Shown here: one piece after another, positions 27,057-36,193 of the stretch
Numbering within the stretch: position 1 is the stretch's first letter
How the letters are laid out: each line of letters opens with the position of its first letter
DNA from: Bacteriovoracia bacterium
Lineage (GTDB): Bacteria; Bdellovibrionota; UBA1018; JBFWNL01
Reading direction: 5' to 3'
DNA: 64,000 nucleotides
Assembly (NCBI GenBank): GCA_050251055.1
Contig: JBFWNL010000006.1
Span: 128,001 to 192,000 of the forward strand
Notes under the pieces: generated by a model
The model's input: the letters and a program-made list of their open reading frames with translations, nothing else
Database searches by the model: none
Told to the model about the DNA's origin: nothing
Position numbers and translations under genes: made by a program

Positions 27057-29588
27057 TTAGTGGGCTCGTTTAGCGAAGCTCGAAACGCTTTCACCGCCCA
27101 TGCGCAGACCGAGGTCGCGGATGCGGGCGTTGCAGGCGTTGACCTTCTGAACTTCGGCGGCGTCCATTTGGAACTTCTGGGTCGTGGCCCATTTCGGGGC
27201 TACTTCCGCAAACGCGATACCACGGTAATCCGGATGGTTCGACGGGATCACGCGATCGCCCGAAGTGCCTTCCCACATGCGGGCGTAGTAGGACAGCTGC
27301 GCGCGTGGGAGGTCGAGGATTTTGCCGGTGATGCGAGCCTTGGCGAAGGCGCCCGGCAGCTTGCCGGCCAGTTCCTTGATGCCGGAATCGGCCACGCCCA
27401 CCTTGCGGGTGATCACGACGTGCGGGATGTTCAGGCGCTTGGCTTCCTTCTCGGCGTAGACGCCGTCCACGAGCACGAGTTCAGGCTTATGCTTGACGAC
27501 GGCCGGAAAGAGCGCATCCCGGTAGCCGGTGGTCTTGCCGAACATCAACTCCCAATCCGCCATGTTCTTTTCGTCCATGTCGTACGGGGCGGTCTTGATG
27601 ACCAGGTAGTTGTTGCCGACGCCCAGGTCGCTCATCAGGCCGTGCAGGTACTGGCCACGGGCACCGCTGAGCGCGCGGGCGGTGATGATGTCGTCGTAAC
27701 CGGCCGGGTCGGCGAAGATCACCACGCGCGGATTTTGGAACGTGCCGCGATAGTGGCCGTAGTCCATGTTGGCGGTGAGGCGCTGGCCTTGGCGAAGCTC
27801 GGGCTTCTGCGCGGGCGGCAGCTTGTTTTGCTTCTCGAGCCGCTCGAGCTGCTCGACTTTCTTCTCGAGGGGGCCGTAAAACTCATCACCGGGCAGGTTT
27901 TCGATCATCAGCTGGGCGAATTCTTCACCCGGGCCGGCGTCGAAAGTGTAGCGCGTGGCTTCGCTGCGCGGACGAGTCGTCCACATTTCCGAGTCCGACG
28001 GCTTCGTGGTGTAACGGCCGTTGAGCGAGTTCAGGATGGCCGGGTCATTTTCGTTGAAGGCCGAGCTTTCGCGCGTGCCGACGATGATGACGTTGGCGTT
28101 CAGGCGTACGGCATCGGAGACGTCCACCATGCGGGAGGCGGGGGCGCCGAAGTCATAGTATTCGGGACCGATGCTCGTGCGGCCGTACTGGTACTTCTTG
28201 CCAGCGGCGAACTGATTGACCTGGCCGTGGTCCGGTTCGATCTTCCATCCGCGTTGAACATACTTAGGGAAGGCGGCGAGATCTTTGGCGATCGCTTCGG
28301 ATGCCTGCTGGGGGTTCATCATGCTGAGACTGGTGGGGTGCGGGAACTGCACCATCAGGATGTCGTGATTGATGATCTGTCCGCCGACTTTCAGGCCCTT
28401 AAGCGAGATGGTTTTCTCGCCATTGATTACCATTTTGTTGTCGGTATCGTAGCCGCCCAGCTGAGCGGGGTGGATGATGCCGCTACCGTTGATGCCCTTG
28501 GCGAACACCATGCGCTTCTGCCAGGAGGTCGGATCGGAGTCGAAGGCCTTCTTGAACATAGCCTGAATCACCGGCATCGTTTCCATGATCGTGTTGCGGG
28601 ACTTCTGCTTGATCGCAGGATCCGTGCCGAGGTAACGCACGCCTTTGTACGTGGCCTCTGTGAAGACCACCGGCTTGCCGACGGGATATTCTTCGCGGAA
28701 AGTGTCGCGATATTCCTTGCGGAATTCCTGTTCAAAGACCGCGCGCGCGGCGGCGTCGGATTGATAGGCTTCCAGGTAAAGGTCCTTGCCTTCTGGAGTC
28801 TGCGGAACCGGGGCTTCCTTGTTGCCGCCGTTGCTGACCATTTCGAATTCGGGAACGCGGATGTTCTTGAGTTGTTCTTCGGTGTACTTCGTGCCGACCT
28901 GGCCGCCGTTGGCGGTAATGAAAGCGGCGGCGGTATTTTGGGCGGCGCCGCCGAAGAGCACGATCATTTTAAGGGAATCTGGGTTGTTGCGGATGATCCA
29001 CTCGATGAGGTCATTGCGCCACTGCGGAATCGGGCTCTCGAGGTCGTTCGAGATCATCCATAGGTGGTTGTCAGTGAAGGAGCCGTAGGAAATCTTCATG
29101 TCGCCGTTTTTGTTTTCGATGACCGGTGTGCCGAAAGACATGGCCTGGCCCCGGATTGTAAACGCGTAGGCGTTGATGAAGGCGGCGCTGGACGTAACGC
29201 CGAAGTACTTCGCCAAGTCTTGCGCGCGGCCGCCGAAGCCGGCCGTGGCGGGACGACCGGCGGCTTCTGCGATGTGCGTGCCGTCTTGGCCGATGAAAAG
29301 GATTTTCACGCTATTCTTGGGCTGCATCATGCGCCAGGGCATGGGGCCGAAGGCCGGGCGGAATTTCTGGTCGCCGGCGATCATCGTCGAAATGCCGGGG
29401 TAGTAAGGGATCGCGGAATTCAAATCGATCAGCTCCTTGCCCATCGGATCGGTGGGGTTTGGACCGGCGTCGTAAATCCACGTAGGCAGCGGGCCGTTGC
29501 CCGCGTACGTAAACGGGGTTTGCAGCAGCACGATCGCCGCGACGAACGAAGCGATCAGGGAGTGAAGACGATTTTTATTCGAGATCAT
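27057..29588 (-). CDS. Large secreted protein with two uracil-DNA-glycosylase-like domains
   Basis: Signal peptide; ILFIGQDG..GRPATAGFGGR, IVLFGGAA and FPHPT; second copy HYRGTFQNPRVVIFADP..ARALSGARGQYL. Confidence 0.55.
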   Translation of the reverse strand: MISNKNRLHSLIASFVAAIVLLQTPFTYAGNGPLPTWIYDAGPNPTDPMGKELIDLNSAIPYYPGISTMIAGDQKFRPAFGPMPWRMMQPKNSVKILFIGQDGTHIAEAAGRPATAGFGGRAQDLAKYFGVTSSAAFINAYAFTIRGQAMSFGTPVIENKNGDMKISYGSFTDNHLWMISNDLESPIPQWRNDLIEWIIRNNPDSLKMIVLFGGAAQNTAAAFITANGGQVGTKYTEEQLKNIRVPEFEMVSNGGNKEAPVPQTPEGKDLYLEAYQSDAAARAVFEQEFRKEYRDTFREEYPVGKPVVFTEATYKGVRYLGTDPAIKQKSRNTIMETMPVIQAMFKKAFDSDPTSWQKRMVFAKGINGSGIIHPAQLGGYDTDNKMVINGEKTISLKGLKVGGQIINHDILMVQFPHPTSLSMMNPQQASEAIAKDLAAFPKYVQRGWKIEPDHGQVNQFAAGKKYQYGRTSIGPEYYDFGAPASRMVDVSDAVRLNANVIIVGTRESSAFNENDPAILNSLNGRYTTKPSDSEMWTTRPRSEATRYTFDAGPGEEFAQLMIENLPGDEFYGPLEKKVEQLERLEKQNKLPPAQKPELRQGQRLTANMDYGHYRGTFQNPRVVIFADPAGYDDIITARALSGARGQYLHGLMSDLGVGNNYLVIKTAPYDMDEKNMADWELMFGKTTGYRDALFPAVVKHKPELVLVDGVYAEKEAKRLNIPHVVITRKVGVADSGIKELAGKLPGAFAKARITGKILDLPRAQLSYYARMWEGTSGDRVIPSNHPDYRGIAFAEVAPKWATTQKFQMDAAEVQKVNACNARIRDLGLRMGGESVSSFAKRAH

Positions 29589-29777
29589 GTCGGGTTCCTT
29601 CTAAAACACCGGTTTACCGCGCCTGCGCGCGGAGCGATTTCGCCCATTGAGTTCGACCGGCCAAGTACCATGGAATAACGCACCGTGTAAATCAAGTTTG
29701 AGAGGAATTCCGCGGGTGGGATATCTACAGGGAAGGATTGGTTAATTTTCCAAAGAAAACGTACCCGATTTTGAGGC

Positions 29778-30113
29778 TTAGGCGTCGATTTTCTTCGTCG
29801 CTTGGGCGTCGAAGTGGATCCAGATCAGGCGTGAAAAACGGAACAGTAGCGGGATCATTATAATGACTTGCAGGGAGGGGATGAGAATGACGCCTAACGG
29901 CCCCGACTGAACGACGAAAACGAGCCACACGAGGGTGGGCACGATCGAGAGGCAGCCCAGCAGGTAGCTGACGATCATGGCGCCTAAAAAGTAGCCGAAC
30001 TCCTTTTCGAAACGATGTCCGCACTGCCCGCACTGGGCGTTCATCAGCACGAACCCGCGAAAAATTTCGCCTTGGTGGCATTGGGGGCAGCGGTTGGAAA
30101 GGAGGCTGGGCAT
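29778..30113 (-). CDS. DUF983-family membrane protein
   Basis: RCPQCHQGEIF and CGQCG zinc ribbon followed by two TM helices. Confidence 0.75.
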   Translation of the reverse strand: MPSLLSNRCPQCHQGEIFRGFVLMNAQCGQCGHRFEKEFGYFLGAMIVSYLLGCLSIVPTLVWLVFVVQSGPLGVILIPSLQVIIMIPLLFRFSRLIWIHFDAQATKKIDA

Positions 30114-30755
30114 TTATCGAGGATCAGTATTAGCACGAAGGATATTGGTGCCAAGCACGAATTGCTCCAGCATGTAGACTGAAGTGACCCCGGGAATTCG
30201 GTTCAATACGTGGCTGTAAAGCTGCAGATCGCCTTCGCCATTTTGGATCCGGCCCAAGCCATAGAGCTCGATTCGCGCCGTGGGGAAGGTGACGCCGAAT
30301 TCCCCACGAGGATTCGTGACGTGTACGGGAGTTTGATAGGTGCAACCGGCCCTCAAATCGAGGTACCCATCCAAGTACTTGCCGTCTTCTAGGTTGGTTT
30401 GCAGAAGCAGCGACAACTCTCGGCTGTTCGCGGACATCGTGTACTCGTAGTACGAGTCGGCCTTGGTATTGGAATTTCCTTCCGGAGCTAGCGGGACCGA
30501 CACCGCCAACCGCTTTTCTCCCGGGACGTCGACCCGGTAGAGATAAAACGCTTCGATGCAAAGGGTGACGAATGCTTCGCCCCGGACGAGCGAGATGTTT
30601 CGGCGATCGATGAAGATATTCACCGATGGAGAGCTGACCTCGGGGGTTCCGCCGCGCGTACCGCTTCGAGACGGTTCCATGGATAGGTCGCCGCCACTGC
30701 CCGCGCAGCCGGAAAGAATGAGCACACCCCAGATGAAGAATGGATTGAGTTTCAA
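30114..30755 (-). CDS. Hypothetical lipoprotein
   Basis: Lipobox LSGC; TTG start with GGGGG RBS. Confidence 0.6.
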   Translation of the reverse strand: MKLNPFFIWGVLILSGCAGSGGDLSMEPSRSGTRGGTPEVSSPSVNIFIDRRNISLVRGEAFVTLCIEAFYLYRVDVPGEKRLAVSVPLAPEGNSNTKADSYYEYTMSANSRELSLLLQTNLEDGKYLDGYLDLRAGCTYQTPVHVTNPRGEFGVTFPTARIELYGLGRIQNGEGDLQLYSHVLNRIPGVTSVYMLEQFVLGTNILRANTDPR

Positions 30756-30850
30756 ATGGCCCCCTGCCCGTTAGTGTACTTATTTTATCAGGTATTAAAG
30801 AATTCGGAATCCGAAAAACATTACTGTAACTATTTGATATTAAATGATTA

Positions 30851-31708
30851 TTAAGGTTTAGGGGTGAGTCGGGTGATAGGGTAAGCCAACACTCCGAGGT
30901 GGTAGACGCTTTCCTTGGCGCTGGGCTCTTGCGCCATGGCCATCACTTGGTCGATCGCGCCAACTAGGATGGCTTGGGCTTTTTCGTACTGCGCTTCGCT
31001 CAATCCCACCGTCAGTCCCTCGAGCGTGCGACGCTCGCGCGGGGCCACTTCGATGGCGTCGATCGCGCGATTGAGCATGGACTGGTGATAGCGCGCGAGC
31101 GCGAGACGGTAAACGTCCCCGCGACACTCGATTAGATGCTCGTTGATGAGGCGAAGCGTCCCGTCGCCCGCTTTCTCGACGAAGCCGTTACGAATCAAAA
31201 AATCCAAGGCATTGCGGATCTCGTCTCGACGGGTTTCGAAGATCAGAAAATTCTGAATTTCCTCGATATTATGCGGTTTTTGCCGCAGTTCCACCATTTC
31301 ACGAATGACGACGCAAAGCCACTGGCTCATGTAGCGGTAGACTTCGTATTCGCGCGGATTCAAACGGCGATAGCGTTTCGAGCGTTGCGCTTTCTGCACG
31401 AACTCCTGATCTCCGGCCAGCGTATCCTGTTCGTCTTTTTCGCGCAGCGTGCGTAAGTAGCTGACCTCGTGCTCGGCGAGGCCCAGGTGGGGAAGCATCT
31501 TTTCCAGAAGTTCGGCGGGGAGTTTGCGCTGCCGGTTAAAGACGAGCGCGAAATACCCCATGGAATATCCGAGGGCGCGGGCGACCGCGCGTGCGCTATG
31601 GGAGCGGTCTTTTGCCCGGCGATAATCCGTCCAGGCTTTTAAGAAGGTGGCTGCGCTCGTGTAGTGAAAAATGTCCGGACGAGGAGGGATGGGTTTGGGT
31701 TTTCGCAT
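30851..31708 (-). CDS. TIGR02147/DUF4423-family HTH protein
   Basis: PDIFHY..FLK, N-terminal HTH (SARAVARALG), YMSQWLCVVIREM, YHQSML and VYHLGVLAYP motifs. Confidence 0.85.
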   Translation of the reverse strand: MRKPKPIPPRPDIFHYTSAATFLKAWTDYRRAKDRSHSARAVARALGYSMGYFALVFNRQRKLPAELLEKMLPHLGLAEHEVSYLRTLREKDEQDTLAGDQEFVQKAQRSKRYRRLNPREYEVYRYMSQWLCVVIREMVELRQKPHNIEEIQNFLIFETRRDEIRNALDFLIRNGFVEKAGDGTLRLINEHLIECRGDVYRLALARYHQSMLNRAIDAIEVAPRERRTLEGLTVGLSEAQYEKAQAILVGAIDQVMAMAQEPSAKESVYHLGVLAYPITRLTPKP

Positions 31709-32029
31709 ACTTTCAGAGTACCATTCGCTTACACATTTTTATATATTTAAATAAAGTAAATTCTAATTATTAAAATAAATATAATAATATTAGTATATTA
31801 ACAAAAAAATAATAAATATCGCTTACTGATTATCATTTTTTATCTTGATCAAAATAGTCAATTTTTGTAATCTGAGGGAGTGAGGGCAGCTTGGCAAGGA
31901 TTTCAATCCGCGACACCCAGCCCTGGGTCGCCCACCCAGAGGTGTCGTCAACCAGAGCCGGAGGCTTGCTCGTAGGATCTCCTGAACAAACTACGACGAG
32001 CTTCCGGCTTTTACGCAAGGGAGAGGGCA

Positions 32030-32611
32030 ATGAGTTTCCATCGAATGAAGTTTTTTGCGGTCGCATGTTTGGTCGGGGGCCTGCTCAGCCCGCCTACTGG
32101 TCAGGGAGCGGGATTCACTATTTCTACGGAAGTGGTCACGGGTTCGAACGCTGGTTTCGTTGTTAGCCGAAGTCCCGGTGATTCTTCGGTGAGCGTGGTC
32201 GATGTCGATTTGATTGCGTCCGGTCCGGGCGACGTAAATCCATACGAGTGCCCCGATCATAACCCCTATGACGGGTACAGTTGTGAGGCGCTCAAGGCGA
32301 AACTCAAGGAGCTGGAGATGAGCCGAGACCGGGTTCGGACGCGTATTGCCCAGCTCGACCGGCAAATCGCCCGGTTGGATCGCGAAATCGCCGAGCAGGA
32401 GCGCTTGTTTCGGGAGAGTGGGTGCCGAGAAGACATCAGTTTTTTTGATCTAACCCCCGCATGTCAGGCGATCAGTAGAAAGATCTTTGGTTTGAATATG
32501 GAGCGGGACGGGGCGGTTTCTCTTCGTAGCATCATGCAAGAAGTGCTCGATCACTTTCTATGCCGAGTCGGCCTGGTTCAGAAGGCGATGGAAGCAAAGG
32601 GCTGTAAGTAG
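32030..32611 (+). CDS. Secreted Cys-containing coiled-coil protein
   Basis: GGAGAGG RBS; signal peptide; heptad stretch LKAKLKELE..IAQLDRQIARLDREIAE. Confidence 0.65.
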   Translation: MSFHRMKFFAVACLVGGLLSPPTGQGAGFTISTEVVTGSNAGFVVSRSPGDSSVSVVDVDLIASGPGDVNPYECPDHNPYDGYSCEALKAKLKELEMSRDRVRTRIAQLDRQIARLDREIAEQERLFRESGCREDISFFDLTPACQAISRKIFGLNMERDGAVSLRSIMQEVLDHFLCRVGLVQKAMEAKGCK

Positions 32612-32666
32612 GATTTGTTTTGCGACACCGTTAATCGGGTCACCCATCCGGCGGTGTCGTCAATCG

Positions 32667-32728
32667 GAGCCGGAAGCGCGTTTGTAGTTCTCCCTTGAAG
32701 AAGCAATAAAGCGCTTCCGGCTCTTTTT
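32667..32728 (+). terminator. Rho-independent terminator-like hairpin between convergent genes
   Basis: GAGCCGGAAGCGC / GCGCTTCCGGCTC 13-bp stem followed by TTTTT. Confidence 0.6.
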
Positions 32729-32729
32729 G

Positions 32730-34538
32730 TCACGAAGGCGGAGCGACGAAAGAGCGTACGCTATCGTCATGCAAAGTCTGCGCGAGCTGGGCCACGCCTT
32801 GCTTTGAAACGCTGATCAACGTCTGATCGTCGTCACGCACCTTGAATTGTTCCTGCAGCATGATCTCGTCGTGCTGCCGGAATTTCGTGACAATCAACTG
32901 CGCCAGGGCAGGGGCGTATCCCATCGCTTGCAATAGATCGCCAACGAAGTTGACGCTCGAATCAAACGTTTCGCGTTTGATGTATGAAACATTCTCGGCC
33001 ATCAAATCAAAGACGTGCCCGCGGTTGCGGGCCCGGGCAAAGATGGTGAGATTGGGAAAATTCTCTTTTACGGTCTTCGCGGTTTGGATGGACACCTCGA
33101 CGTCATCAATCGCCAGAATGAAAAACTTGGCTTTGCCGGCGCCGGCGGTCTGCAGGAGCTCCAGCCGAGAAGCATCCCCGTAGTAAACCTTGTTTCCGAA
33201 TTTGCGTACTTCCTCGACATGATCGGGGTCGTGATCGATGGCGACGAAGGGAACGCCTTGGGCGCGCAGGACCCGGCCGAAGATCTGACCGAAGCGTCCG
33301 AAGCCCGCGATAATAACCGAAGGGGTTTCGGAGTCGATGATGTCGTATTCCGGCTTTGCCGGCGCCGGCGTGCACGTCAGCCGTTCGACCGCCATCCCCA
33401 CTAGCGGATTGAGAGCCATGGATAGAGTTACGACCACGGTCAAAAGGGTGAGGGTGTGCGTGGGGGCGAGCTGCGATTGGGCGATTAGGCCGAAGATCAC
33501 GAAGGCGAACTCGCCGCCCTGGGCGATGGTGATGGCCATGCGCTTGGCATTTTCGTGGGTGAGGCGGAAAGCCCGGCCGGTGCCGTAGATCACGAACGAC
33601 TTGATGGCGAGATACCCGATCACCATGCCGCCGATTTGAAGGGGCTGGGCGCGGATGAGTTCGAGGCTGACGCTCATGCCGACGGCAATAAAGAACAAAC
33701 CCATCAGTAAGCTTTTGAACGGCTCGAGATCGGTTTCCAGCTCGTGGCGGTATTCGGAGTCGGCGAGCAGCACGCCGGCGATGAAGGTTCCGAGCGCGGC
33801 GGAGAGCCCGATGCTTTGCATGAGCGCGGCCACTCCCAGCACGATCAAGAGCGTAGCGGCGGTAAAAATTTCCCGCGCCCGCGCGGAAGCGATGAGGCGA
33901 AATGCGGGGCGGATCAGATAGCGGGCGCCCACGATTAAGCCGGCGATGATGGCGACGGCGGCTAGCGAAGTTTGCCAGGAAAATCCGGCGCCACCGGAAG
34001 CGGGTAGTCTTCCGTCCACGCCCAAGGCCGGAATCACGGCGAGCGCGGGGATCGCGACCAGATCCTGCATGAGCAACACGGCGAACGCGGCTCGGCCGAA
34101 TTCGGTATTGAATTGATTACGCTCGGTGAGCGATTGCACCGCGAAAGCGGTGGAGGAAAGCGAAAGCCCGAAGCCCACGACGAGCGCGGCGACCGGGGGA
34201 AGCCCTAATTCGCGTCCGATCGCCCACCCGATCGCGGCGAACGCCAGCGTGGTTACCGTCACCTGCAGGCCGCCCAGGCCCACGAGGTGTCGGCGCATCG
34301 ACCAAAGTTTACGGGGTTGGATTTCGAGCCCGATGATAAAAAGCAGCAGCACCACGCCCAGTTCGGAGAAGTGCATGACGCTTTCCGAGTCTTGGATGAG
34401 CTTCATGCCAAAGGGGCCGACGATCATCCCCGCGATGAGGTAACCCAAGATAGAGCCGAAACCCAGGCGTTTGAAAATGGGGACCAGAATCACCGCCGAG
34501 GCGATGAAGACCAGGGACTGACCGATAAAGGAGTTCAT
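32730..34538 (-). CDS. kefC: CPA2-family K+ efflux antiporter (KefB/KefC-like) with KTN domain
   Basis: LSLSSTA, LLMQDL, YRHELETDLEPFK, QGGEFAFV, GFGRFGQ and YYGDASR motifs. Confidence 0.85.
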   Translation of the reverse strand: MNSFIGQSLVFIASAVILVPIFKRLGFGSILGYLIAGMIVGPFGMKLIQDSESVMHFSELGVVLLLFIIGLEIQPRKLWSMRRHLVGLGGLQVTVTTLAFAAIGWAIGRELGLPPVAALVVGFGLSLSSTAFAVQSLTERNQFNTEFGRAAFAVLLMQDLVAIPALAVIPALGVDGRLPASGGAGFSWQTSLAAVAIIAGLIVGARYLIRPAFRLIASARAREIFTAATLLIVLGVAALMQSIGLSAALGTFIAGVLLADSEYRHELETDLEPFKSLLMGLFFIAVGMSVSLELIRAQPLQIGGMVIGYLAIKSFVIYGTGRAFRLTHENAKRMAITIAQGGEFAFVIFGLIAQSQLAPTHTLTLLTVVVTLSMALNPLVGMAVERLTCTPAPAKPEYDIIDSETPSVIIAGFGRFGQIFGRVLRAQGVPFVAIDHDPDHVEEVRKFGNKVYYGDASRLELLQTAGAGKAKFFILAIDDVEVSIQTAKTVKENFPNLTIFARARNRGHVFDLMAENVSYIKRETFDSSVNFVGDLLQAMGYAPALAQLIVTKFRQHDEIMLQEQFKVRDDDQTLISVSKQGVAQLAQTLHDDSVRSFVAPPS

Positions 34539-34575
34539 AGCGGGATTCTAATCCGACGCGGGAAGTAAACCCAAC

Positions 34576-34602
34576 TAAAGAATTTTCGTTTAATACCGAT
34601 AT
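34576..34602 (+). promoter_or_regulatory. Sigma-28 (FliA)-type promoter
   Basis: TAAA-N15-ACCGATAT immediately upstream of the GGAGGGG RBS and ATG at 34621. Confidence 0.65.
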
Positions 34603-34620
34603 CGATAGACGGAGGGGATT

Positions 34621-35244
34621 ATGGCGAAACTACGTCTTCTGAAGAATCGGAAGGAAGCCGGTACGACTCACGGCCCGGCCCGCGAAGGTGAACATTCCAC
34701 CGCGAATTTGCGCGGTTTTGGCGATCCAGCGCTGTTTCATCAAAGCTGTTTCGTGGTGCATCTGCTGGTGAAAGGTCAAATATCTGACGCTACCTTGAAC
34801 CGTTTGGTGCCCGCCTACAACCTGCACGTGGAACGACACCCGACGCAGGCGAACGCCTTTCAAGTACGCACGCATTGGGTGGCTCCGGAGCAGCATAAGC
34901 TGCAGGCGATTCGTCTTTTCGCGGCGGCGATGGACATACACCGCGCGCATCCCGGTATTTCTCTCCGCATTTGCCAAAGCAACGGGCTGCATGAACTGAT
35001 GCAATCGCGAATGCCCGGCCGCAAGCACGAAAATGTCTTCACGACGCATGCCGATTTCTTTCAAAGCGAGATTCATTCCTTCGCGATGGATCAATCGGTG
35101 CGCATGTATCTCCAGCAGGCTGGGTTGCCCATTGGGGGGACCACCTCCGGCATGCACGAATGCACCCATGCGGAGCTGGACCAAATGCACGACTTCATGA
35201 TGGGCCAGACGCACGCGCCGGCCTCGAAGCGGAAGGCGGGTTGA
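34621..35244 (+). CDS. Hypothetical His-rich protein
   Basis: Strong RBS; first gene of a tightly packed three-gene operon. Confidence 0.7.
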   Translation: MAKLRLLKNRKEAGTTHGPAREGEHSTANLRGFGDPALFHQSCFVVHLLVKGQISDATLNRLVPAYNLHVERHPTQANAFQVRTHWVAPEQHKLQAIRLFAAAMDIHRAHPGISLRICQSNGLHELMQSRMPGRKHENVFTTHADFFQSEIHSFAMDQSVRMYLQQAGLPIGGTTSGMHECTHAELDQMHDFMMGQTHAPASKRKAG

Positions 35245-35245
35245 T

Positions 35246-36184
35246 ATGGAAAACTCAGAAATGCAGAAAACCCCGCTCCCGGTCGACTTGTTGGTACCCA
35301 TCTACTTGGCCTTGATGGCGGGGCTGCCCACGGCGGCCACCGCGGCGATGTTTGCCGCCGCGCCGACGGTTTGGGGTAAAGTCGCGGCCGCATTCTTTGC
35401 GCCGGCCGTGTTCTCCATCGTGCTGGTGACCACGGCGGTGATCTTGAGCCTGCCGTTTCATGCGGCGATCATTCCGGGCCGCTTCCCGCGCAACACCAAG
35501 CACGTGGTTTACGGCCCGCGGCGGCTGTACGGACTTTGCTGGGGCGCTGTATTTTACTGCACGCCGGTTTATTATCTCTGCATGAGCTTCGGGCCCCTGA
35601 AGCGCTTCCTGCTAAAGGGGTTTGGTTACCGCGGGAGCCCGGATGTGAACTTCGCGCCCGATGCTTGGATTCGCGACCTGCCGGTGATGAAGGTCGGTCG
35701 CGGCGTATACGTGGCCAATAAATCCACGGTCGGTACGAACATGTGCCTTTCCGACGGCACGATCATGGTGGACCACGTCACCTTGAAAGACGGCGCCATG
35801 ATCGGCCACCTGAGTATGATCGCCCCGGGCTGCTCGATCGGTGCTAAGGCCGAGGTGAGCGTTGGCTGCGCCATCGGCATACGCGCCCAGTTTGGTGATG
35901 GCGCCCGCGTGGGTCCGATGTCCCTGGTGAATCACGGCGCGATCATTGGCGATAACGTGGATATCGGCGCGAGCGCCTACATCGGCGTAAAGACCCGTAT
36001 CGCGCCGGGTTTGAAGATCCCGGGCGGGGCGAATTTCCCCGAAGGCACAGAAATCGCGACCCAGGCCGACGTCGAGAATCATCTTACTTCCGAAACGCAG
36101 GTGATGAAGAACGAACTGCGGCGAATGGCGTTGGTTTACAGCGCCGGAGCGGATCCGAAAGCCACGGAGACGCACGCCGGGTAA
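35246..36184 (+). CDS. Membrane-anchored left-handed beta-helix (hexapeptide-repeat) protein, acyltransferase-like
   Basis: N-terminal TM helices; repeats VGRGVY, LKDGAM, IGAKAE, FGDGAR and IGDNVD. Confidence 0.75.
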   Translation: MENSEMQKTPLPVDLLVPIYLALMAGLPTAATAAMFAAAPTVWGKVAAAFFAPAVFSIVLVTTAVILSLPFHAAIIPGRFPRNTKHVVYGPRRLYGLCWGAVFYCTPVYYLCMSFGPLKRFLLKGFGYRGSPDVNFAPDAWIRDLPVMKVGRGVYVANKSTVGTNMCLSDGTIMVDHVTLKDGAMIGHLSMIAPGCSIGAKAEVSVGCAIGIRAQFGDGARVGPMSLVNHGAIIGDNVDIGASAYIGVKTRIAPGLKIPGGANFPEGTEIATQADVENHLTSETQVMKNELRRMALVYSAGADPKATETHAG

Positions 36185-36193
36185 TGGAGGAAC

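Noticed and set aside
26805-29063. 752-aa plus-strand ORF
   Set aside because: Antisense shadow of ppiC and the 843-aa gene; no motifs; expected from biased codon usage on the opposite strand
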